DNA of 64,000 nucleotides from Limnobacter sp. (GTDB lineage Bacteria; Pseudomonadota; Gammaproteobacteria; Burkholderiales; Burkholderiaceae_B): NCBI RefSeq assembly GCF_036405155.1, contig NZ_DASWYD010000010.1, positions 53,118 to 117,117 of the forward strand, read 5' to 3'. Shown piece by piece: positions 57,263 to 64,000 of this stretch (position 1 is its first letter; each line of letters starts with the position of its first letter). The notes under the pieces were generated by a model. It saw only the letters and a program-made list of their open reading frames with translations, ran no database searches and was not told where the DNA came from. The position numbers and the translations under genes were made by a program.

Positions 57263-60200
57263 ATGACGCTTCGAATTGTTTTGTCCGGCCTGGCTTTGGC
57301 CCTTCTGCTGTCGCTGATCTGGTGGTTTGCGCCCCTCATTTCAGTGGGCAGCCACACCCCCTTGGAGTCCGTATGGTCACGCGTGGTGGTGATGAGTGTT
57401 GTCAGTTTGCTGGTGCTGGCTCCGCTGGCCTGGCGACTCATGCGCCGTTGGCGCTCCGAATCTGGATTGAAGCGGGGATTGACTCGACAGCAGGAGGAGA
57501 TTCGTGACGAAGAACGTGCAGTCGCTGAGCGTTTTTCAGTGGCCATTCAAACCCTTCGACATCACCAAAAGCCTCGTAAATGGACCTTCACACGCCCAGG
57601 TTTGTATGGCCTGCCGTGGTATGTGTTTATTGGCCCCCCCGGCAGCGGCAAAACCACGGCCCTGATGCATTCTGGTTTGCGGTTCCCGCTGCAAGACAGC
57701 CTGGGGGCCGGCTCCATTCAAGGCGTGGGTGGCACGCGACATTGCGACTGGTGGTTTACAGACGACGCCGTGCTGATCGACACCGCAGGACGTTTCACCA
57801 CGCAGGACTCCAGCCAGCAGGCCGATTCCGCAGCCTGGTCCCAATTTCTGAGCTTGTTGAAGCGGCACAGGCCACGCCAAGCACTCAATGGCGTTTTGTT
57901 GGTGGTCAGTACCGCCGATCTGGCCGCACCGCAAAGCCACCGGGAATTTCTGGGCGCCACCATCGCACGGCGGCTTCAAGAACTCACCGGGCAGCTGGGG
58001 GCCTGTCCACCCGTGTATGTGCTGGTCACCAAACTCGACTTGCTTCCGGGCTTTGTGGACACTTTTGCAGCGCTGTCAGAATCAGACAGGAAGCAGGGTT
58101 TGGGCGTCAATTTGCCACACCCTCTGCCAGCGGATTGGGAAGCCCAACTAAAGGCGGGGTTTTCACGCATCCAACTGGATTTACAAGAAGGGCTTCATGC
58201 ACGGCTGGATGCAGCAGGCGCAGCGATTCGAAAAATTCGGCTCATGGAATTTTTGCCTGAATTCGCACAACTTCAAGCACCGCTGACCGCGCTGCTCGGC
58301 AGTTGGGTACGCAATGACAGCACCTTCGAGAAAAGCATTGACTTGCGCGGAATTTATTTCACCAGCGGCACCCAAGACGGTGGTTTACTTGACCGCATTC
58401 TGAGTGGCTTGAACCAACTTTCAGGTCAGGCTGCCAGACCTGCTGGTCCACGCGAAGCCCGCAGCTATTTCATTCATCGATTGCTCACTGATGTGGTGTT
58501 TGCCGAAAAACACTTGGCGGGAGTCAACTGGAAGCAAGTTCGCAGGGAAAAGGCACTTCGTTTGCTGACCCTGTTGGGGATTGTGGTTGGCACAGTGGTT
58601 TACGGTCTTTCAAGCTGGGTCAGCTACACCAACAACCACCATTGGGTGGGCGTCCAGTCGGCCACTGCCACTGCTCTTCAGGGCGAATTGGACAAGGCTC
58701 GCATTCAGAATCTCCGCGACCTGCCCGCTGTGGTGCATGCCTTGAATGTATTCACCGAACCCGCTGATGCAGACAACCCATTCCAAGGCTTGGGGTTGGA
58801 CCAAACCGAGAAGGTGAACAGTGCACGAGAAAGGGCTTATCAACAGGGTTTGCGAAACACATTGGGGCCCTTGGTTGAACAGGGTCTGGTTCAGGCCCTG
58901 CAGAGCAGCGTTGAACGTGGCCAGCCAGACGCAGCCACCTACCAACAACTGAAGGCCCTGTTGATGTGGTACGACCCGAGGCACCGGGACAACACGGCGC
59001 TGATGAACCAAATCTGGACGGATTGGTCACAACGGGTATTGCCCACGTTTCCACAAATAAATCCAGAGGATGTCAAGGTTCACCTCAGCGCATTGGTGAC
59101 ACACGGTCTGGATGCAAACCCGGGCGGCCCGGATGCAAAACTGATTGAATCGGCCAGACAGCTTTTGCAAACCCAATCCACCGCACAGCGCATTTATCAA
59201 GCACTGAGAGATGCCCACGAAGCCCCAGCGGGCACAGCGCCATCCATCACGCAGGTGGTGGGTCCATCGGCTGCACATTTGTTTAAACGACTTGATGGAG
59301 GCTCATTGAGTGAGCCTCTTTCTGCGCTGTTCAACAAATCTGCGTCAGCCAGCTATGTCATCCCGGAATCGCTGAAACAGGCACGGCAATTTGCCAAAGA
59401 GGCACCCTGGGTATTGGGGCTGGATCCTGCAACAATCCAGGACAGTCCGGGCGAAATTCAGCGCCAAAGTCGTCAAGTGCGTGAGTTGTATGTGGCCGAT
59501 TACATTCGGTATTGGGATTCCATACTTGCGCAGGTTCAACTGGAAAAACCGGCCAATTTCGATGAGGCCGTCAACAACGCCAGAATATTGGCGCAAACAC
59601 AATCACCGCTCAGGGCATTTCTGACCCATGTTTGGGAACAAACACGTTTGGGCGGTGACGCTGCAAAGGTGCTTCAGGCAAGTCAACAATGGCTGACCCA
59701 AAAGGCACAACAGGTCTCGAACAGCCAAGCGTTGGGCAACAGCGCCAGCGCAGTGACTGCGGGGGACCCAACACCCGTGGTTGAGCAACAAGTCGATGAG
59801 CACTTCCGCGTCCTCAATGATTTGTTTGCCGCGCAAGGCGCCGGCTATGCACAGGTCAACACCTTGCTAAGTGATGTGTATGCCCAACTGGCTGCCATCT
59901 CGGCTGCCCAACGGGGTAAAACTGCACCACCCGCATCAGCAAACCTCGACGCATTGAAAGTGAATGCCGGCCTTTTGCCAGACGCCGTACGCCTGGCGGT
60001 GCTGCCATTGATTAGCGTCGCCAGCCAACAAGGCCAAACCGCCGAGCGTGCCAACCTGGCCGATGCACTGAAACCACTGCGGGAGCTCTGTCTTCGGACA
60101 GTGGCCAGGCGCTATCCCTTCGATGGGACATCCGGATTGGATGTATTGAGCGACGACTTCGTACGGCTGTTTGCACCAGGTGGGCAAATGGATCAGTTCT

Positions 60201-60736
60201 TTCAATCGCATCTGCAAGGCGTGGTTGACATGAGTACCAACCCCTGGCGTTTTAAACCAGCCACGGACGGCACAGGCCATGCAGGGGGGGCCTATCTGGC
60301 CGAATTCCAGCGGGCTGCACGCATTCGCGATGTGCTGTTTGCAGCAAATGGACTTAAGCCAGGCTTTGAAGTCGACCTGAAATTGGTGTCTGCCTCATCG
60401 CCCAACGACGTGTTTTACCTCGACAACAACGGAAAGTTGCTGATGTTTTCGCTGCAATTTGACCCCAGGCACACGGTGCAGTGGTCCGCAGGTGGACCAA
60501 CCAGTTTCATCAAATACCGGGGCAGTGGCTCAAACGATCGAACCATCCAAGGGCCGTGGGCGCTGTTCCGTTGGATGGACCAGGCAACCATCCAACCCAC
60601 CGATCGACCCGAAATGTTCAAAGCGGCCTTTGTGGTGGACGGCAAACGTTTTGAATTTGAAGTGTTGGCACACTCGGCCATTCACCCGCTGCGCCTGGCT
60701 GAGCTTCGAAAGTTCTCTTGCCCTGGGGCTCGCTGA
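57263..60736 (+). CDS. tssM: type VI secretion membrane protein TssM (IcmF)
   Basis: 1157 aa. N-terminal TM helices, Walker A FIGPPGSGKTTAL, and IcmF-related central and C-terminal regions. Confidence 0.93.
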   Translation: MTLRIVLSGLALALLLSLIWWFAPLISVGSHTPLESVWSRVVVMSVVSLLVLAPLAWRLMRRWRSESGLKRGLTRQQEEIRDEERAVAERFSVAIQTLRHHQKPRKWTFTRPGLYGLPWYVFIGPPGSGKTTALMHSGLRFPLQDSLGAGSIQGVGGTRHCDWWFTDDAVLIDTAGRFTTQDSSQQADSAAWSQFLSLLKRHRPRQALNGVLLVVSTADLAAPQSHREFLGATIARRLQELTGQLGACPPVYVLVTKLDLLPGFVDTFAALSESDRKQGLGVNLPHPLPADWEAQLKAGFSRIQLDLQEGLHARLDAAGAAIRKIRLMEFLPEFAQLQAPLTALLGSWVRNDSTFEKSIDLRGIYFTSGTQDGGLLDRILSGLNQLSGQAARPAGPREARSYFIHRLLTDVVFAEKHLAGVNWKQVRREKALRLLTLLGIVVGTVVYGLSSWVSYTNNHHWVGVQSATATALQGELDKARIQNLRDLPAVVHALNVFTEPADADNPFQGLGLDQTEKVNSARERAYQQGLRNTLGPLVEQGLVQALQSSVERGQPDAATYQQLKALLMWYDPRHRDNTALMNQIWTDWSQRVLPTFPQINPEDVKVHLSALVTHGLDANPGGPDAKLIESARQLLQTQSTAQRIYQALRDAHEAPAGTAPSITQVVGPSAAHLFKRLDGGSLSEPLSALFNKSASASYVIPESLKQARQFAKEAPWVLGLDPATIQDSPGEIQRQSRQVRELYVADYIRYWDSILAQVQLEKPANFDEAVNNARILAQTQSPLRAFLTHVWEQTRLGGDAAKVLQASQQWLTQKAQQVSNSQALGNSASAVTAGDPTPVVEQQVDEHFRVLNDLFAAQGAGYAQVNTLLSDVYAQLAAISAAQRGKTAPPASANLDALKVNAGLLPDAVRLAVLPLISVASQQGQTAERANLADALKPLRELCLRTVARRYPFDGTSGLDVLSDDFVRLFAPGGQMDQFFQSHLQGVVDMSTNPWRFKPATDGTGHAGGAYLAEFQRAARIRDVLFAANGLKPGFEVDLKLVSASSPNDVFYLDNNGKLLMFSLQFDPRHTVQWSAGGPTSFIKYRGSGSNDRTIQGPWALFRWMDQATIQPTDRPEMFKAAFVVDGKRFEFEVLAHSAIHPLRLAELRKFSCPGAR

Positions 60737-61275
60737 TGATTCGCCGCATGTGTCTCGGGAAAATTCCCGGGCTGGGTGACTTTGTGTCTCGCGGGGTTCC
60801 GTCCGCCATGGCGACCGACTGGTACGATCGCCTGTCCCTCTGGATGCATCAAGGTGAGGCGCAACACGGTGCTGACTGGCCCTCGGTTTTCATGAGCGCC
60901 TGTGCCTTGGGTTTTAACACCATCGACTCAGCGGCACCGGGTGGCCGTGGGTTTGGACTTTGGCTAGGTGTTGTGTTGCCGTCTGTAGACAAAGTTGGCC
61001 GATTGTTTCCCTGGCTGGTGCTGGAACACCATGCCGCGCCGCTGGTGGCCTGTCATTTGCCGCTTCACCTTCAACAGTGCTTTGACACGGGGGTTGCAGC
61101 CATTCGAGATGACTGGAGCGCCCAACAACTGGACGCACTATTTTCAAGGTCCACGCAGGGTGACGGCGATCAGGATTGGGCATGCAGACCAATGACTCTG
61201 TGGACACTGGACCAAGGTCAACAACCCCGGGTACTCAGGATGGTCGACAGCTTTGGGGATGTTGCATGGCCGTGA
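60736..61275 (+). CDS. tagF: T6SS-associated regulator TagF (DUF2094)
   Basis: MIRRMCLGKIPGLGDFVSRGVP matches the GKLPxxGDFV motif of TagF. The start overlaps the tssM stop (TGATG). Confidence 0.85.
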   Translation: MIRRMCLGKIPGLGDFVSRGVPSAMATDWYDRLSLWMHQGEAQHGADWPSVFMSACALGFNTIDSAAPGGRGFGLWLGVVLPSVDKVGRLFPWLVLEHHAAPLVACHLPLHLQQCFDTGVAAIRDDWSAQQLDALFSRSTQGDGDQDWACRPMTLWTLDQGQQPRVLRMVDSFGDVAWP

Positions 61276-62903
61276 GCGCAACGAGCAGTGCCCTGCCCAA
61301 CGGCTGTGAGCTGAATGACTTCATCCTTCGGGGCGTAGTGGGCATGGGGGGCTTTGGTATTGTGTACCGGGCTTGGGACCCCCAACTTGAACGCGAAGTG
61401 GCCATCAAGGAATACCTGCCTTCTGCATTGGCGCAACGGGGCCCCCACGGCCACGTGGAAGTGCTGGCCCCCAAGCACCAAGAGCTGTTTGATGCAGGCA
61501 TGCGCAGCTTCATCAACGAAGCCCGACTGCTGGCGCAATTTGATCACCCCGCCTTGGTGAAGGTGTACCGGTTTTGGGAGGCCAATGGCACTGCCTACAT
61601 GGTGATGCCCTTGTACAAAGGTGTCCCCCTCAAATCCTGGTGGTCCCATGTTGCGCATTCCGAGCGCGAGGCTGAACTAAGGCGGGTGGTTACGGTGCTG
61701 TGCAACGCGTTGGACACACTGCACCAGCAACAGTGCTTTCACAGGGACATTGCACCAGACAATGTCTTGATGTTGCAGGACACCGGGCAACCGGTGTTGC
61801 TGGATTTTGGTGCGGCCCGCCGTTTGATTGGTTCAAGCACACAAGCGTTCACTGTGGTGCTCAAGGCAAGCTATGCACCGATTGAGCAATACGCTGAAGA
61901 CCCGCAACTGCAACAAGGCCCGTGGACCGATGTGTATGCATTGGGTGCAGTCATGCACGACCTTATGACGGGCAAGCCACCACCGTCCTCGGTCGCGCGG
62001 ATGATTCAGGATTGCTATCAACCACTGACTGAACGAATGAGCCACTACAGCCATCCATTGTGCGGCTGTGTTGACGACTGCTTGCAAGTGCTGCCGGTGG
62101 ACCGGCTTCAGAATGTGCAACAACTTCTTCTGCGGCTTCATGCTGAGGATGTGTTGCCGGGCGCACCGAGTGAGCCCACACAAATTTTACCGAGGCCCAT
62201 CAACCCGGGGCCCGAGGCAACACCACCACCGCGGCGATTTTGGGCACAGGGCAAAGTCATCGCAGGTGTGGCACTGCTGTCAGCCGTGGCTGTATTGTTG
62301 ACCATCGGTGTTGCCATGCATGGGAACACTCCCGATGCACCACACCCAAAACAACCAGACTCTGCTGCCGCCCCAGCGCCAGCGCCCACGGCAGACAGCC
62401 TGATTGAATCCGCGTGGCGCACGGTTGAACAACATGGTGTGTTCCAGCCATTGCTGGTCGACACGACAAAGCCGGTCCTGACCATCGGCAAAGACTTGCT
62501 GACCGCACGCATCACGTCGCCGCTGTCTGGCTGGCTGAGTGTTTACACATTCACCACCGAGGGGCAGTTCATTCGCCTGTTTCCAAATGACCGGGTTCCT
62601 GAATTGCGTGCGACGGCGGGTCAACCCCTGCCATTTCCACCGGCATCCGAGCCGATACAGTCCGCTGGCCCAGCCGGTACGAACCGCTTGTGGTTTCTGG
62701 TCTCGCAACAACCTCCTGTAGACACCGATCTGCACTGGATAGACCACTACGGCTACGGTTTGCTGGCCCTGGACACCTTGCAAAGCACGGCAGACGGTGG
62801 ACAGGTGTTGGGGCAGGCCTTGCTTCGAAGTGTGGGCTGTATGGAAAGCCCCTGTCGTCAGCCAGCGGCACTGGCAACGCTGCAAATTGATGAGGTGCCA
62901 TAA
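61266..62903 (+). CDS. ppkA: Ser/Thr protein kinase PpkA-like with periplasmic C-terminal domain
   Basis: Hanks kinase motifs GMGGFGIVY, VAIKEY, HRDIAPDNVL and DFGAAR. One TM helix (VIAGVALLSAVAVLLTIGVAM), then a beta-rich domain of about 190 aa. Overlaps the tagF end by 10 nt. Confidence 0.88.
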   Translation: MAVSATSSALPNGCELNDFILRGVVGMGGFGIVYRAWDPQLEREVAIKEYLPSALAQRGPHGHVEVLAPKHQELFDAGMRSFINEARLLAQFDHPALVKVYRFWEANGTAYMVMPLYKGVPLKSWWSHVAHSEREAELRRVVTVLCNALDTLHQQQCFHRDIAPDNVLMLQDTGQPVLLDFGAARRLIGSSTQAFTVVLKASYAPIEQYAEDPQLQQGPWTDVYALGAVMHDLMTGKPPPSSVARMIQDCYQPLTERMSHYSHPLCGCVDDCLQVLPVDRLQNVQQLLLRLHAEDVLPGAPSEPTQILPRPINPGPEATPPPRRFWAQGKVIAGVALLSAVAVLLTIGVAMHGNTPDAPHPKQPDSAAAPAPAPTADSLIESAWRTVEQHGVFQPLLVDTTKPVLTIGKDLLTARITSPLSGWLSVYTFTTEGQFIRLFPNDRVPELRATAGQPLPFPPASEPIQSAGPAGTNRLWFLVSQQPPVDTDLHWIDHYGYGLLALDTLQSTADGGQVLGQALLRSVGCMESPCRQPAALATLQIDEVP

Positions 62904-62973
62904 ACAGGTTCAGTGACTCCAAAAGTGCTGTGGCTGCAAGGTATGATCAAGCGGCCTACGTTGGAGACAAACC

Positions 62974-63795
62974 ATGACCTTTCGGATTCACCACATGAAT
63001 TGCGGCACCATGTGCCCCCTGTGTGCACGCCTCATCAATGGCAGTGGTGGCTGGACCGCCCGTGCGAAGCTGGTGTGCCATTGCCTGCTGCTTGAAAGCC
63101 CGCAAGGCTTGATCCTGGTGGACACTGGCTTGGGTACAGGTGACGTGAAAGAGCCGAATCGCCGTTTGGGTGCTGGCTTTGTGGCCATGACCAGCCCAAA
63201 ACTGGACCTCTCCGAAACAGCTTACGTACAAATCAAAGCCAAGGGACTCAACCCGGCCGACGTGACCCACATTGTGCCCACCCACCTGGACCTAGACCAC
63301 GCCGGTGGCTTGAGCGACTTTCCGGATGCGCAGGTGCATGCACTGGGCGTTGAGCTGAAACATGCCATTCAACCCAGCAAGAAGGATAGCCTGCGCTTTC
63401 GGAAAGCGCAGTTTGAGCACGGCCCCCGCTGGGTGGAGCACAACCACACACCCGTGGACTGGTTTGGATTTGAAGCGCTTGCACCCATTCCAGAACTGGC
63501 CGACCAATTGCTGATGGTGCCGCTGATTGGACACACCCGTGGCCATGTGGGCGTGGCAGTGCGCAACGGACAGACGTGGCTGTTGCATGCGGGCGATGCG
63601 TATTTTCACCGATCGCAGGTAACGGCCACACCGGCCATGCCAGCGGGTTTAAAGCTGTTTGAGCAGCTGGTGCAAACCTTGCCCGAACCCCGCAAACAGA
63701 CCACAGCCCGCTTGCGTGAACTAGCCTTGAAACACCCCAATGAGATTGAGCTGTTTTGCGCCCACGACCCTGTGGAGTTTGAGCGCTATCAGTAA
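62974..63795 (+). CDS. MBL-fold metallo-hydrolase
   Basis: THLDLDHAGG (HxHxDH-type motif) and a later GHTRGH. GGAGA lies upstream of the ATG. Confidence 0.85.
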   Translation: MTFRIHHMNCGTMCPLCARLINGSGGWTARAKLVCHCLLLESPQGLILVDTGLGTGDVKEPNRRLGAGFVAMTSPKLDLSETAYVQIKAKGLNPADVTHIVPTHLDLDHAGGLSDFPDAQVHALGVELKHAIQPSKKDSLRFRKAQFEHGPRWVEHNHTPVDWFGFEALAPIPELADQLLMVPLIGHTRGHVGVAVRNGQTWLLHAGDAYFHRSQVTATPAMPAGLKLFEQLVQTLPEPRKQTTARLRELALKHPNEIELFCAHDPVEFERYQ

Positions 63796-63810
63796 AGCTG
63801 CCCGGCTGGC

Positions 63811-64000
63811 TTACACCAGCCCGTGCGCTTGCTGGTCTGCGTGGTAGCTCGACCGCACCATGGCACCCACGGCCGCGTGGGTGAACCCCATCTCGTAAGC
63901 CTTTTGTTCAAACACCTTGAATTGGTCTGGGTGCACGTAGCGGCGCACCGGCAGGTGGTGCCCACTGGGCGCCAGGTACTGGCCGATGGTGAGCATGTCG
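63811..64000 (-). CDS. lipA: lipoyl synthase LipA, 3' part (continues beyond window end)
   Basis: The translation ...[56 protein letters not shown] is the conserved LipA C-terminus. Confidence 0.9.
   Translation of the reverse strand, partial: DMLTIGQYLAPSGHHLPVRRYVHPDQFKVFEQKAYEMGFTHAAVGAMVRSSYHADQQAHGLV

Noticed and set aside
1-64000. CRISPR arrays, tRNA/rRNA genes, IS transposases, integrases and prophage genes
   Set aside because: I saw no short regularly spaced direct repeats, no cloverleaf-like segments in the intergenic gaps I read, and no ORF with DDE, serine or tyrosine recombinase motifs. A tRNAscan, Infernal or ISfinder run would be needed to exclude them formally.

Overview
This 64-kb window looks like high-GC proteobacterial chromosome, with gene content resembling Burkholderiales; that taxonomic guess is low confidence. 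I found no rRNA, tRNA, CRISPR array, transposase or phage genes.

Gene content from left to right:
- **Cellulose cluster (0.07-6.9 kb).** A tightly coupled phosphoethanolamine-cellulose type cluster in the order bcsE-like, bcsF-like, bcsQ, bcsA, bcsG, bcsR-like. No bcsB, bcsZ or bcsC lies downstream.
- **Lipid, acyl-CoA and transporter genes (6.9-21.7 kb).** These include WS/DGAT, a crotonase, a thioesterase, an OYE flavoenzyme, a class II aldolase, a fatty-acid hydroxylase, an AcuI-like reductase, a PaaX-like regulator and a PhaC-like protein with a Lys/Ala-rich tail.
- **Phosphate transport (22.3-26.2 kb).** The order is pstC-pstA-pstB followed by pstS, with a good Pho box upstream of pstC.
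- **Housekeeping genes (26.3-32.2 kb).** A U32 peptidase, an AEC transporter, a LysR regulator, htpX, an NlpC/P60 peptidase and a small membrane protein.
- **Uncharacterised cytochrome operon (32.6-38.6 kb).** Four genes: three secreted c-type cytochromes and one His-rich membrane protein.
- **Accessory block (38.6-62.9 kb).** This stretch appears lower in GC by eye. It holds:
  - a secreted-protein plus class-3 lipase pair;
  - a two-partner secretion system whose exoprotein carries a CdrA-like TAAG site and a C-terminal Cys pair;
  - an incomplete type VI secretion locus with only vgrG, tssK, tssL, tssM, tagF, ppkA, pppA, fha, an OmpA-like gene and two unknown genes.
- **Right edge.** An MBL hydrolase and the 3' end of lipA.

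A roughly 410-430 bp highly self-complementary repeat occurs twice, at about 14.8 kb and 21.8 kb. Each copy sits in a convergent intergenic region just downstream of the same hairpin. The two copies differ by compensatory base-pair changes.

All calls come from reading the ORF translations and the sequence by eye. No database search was run.
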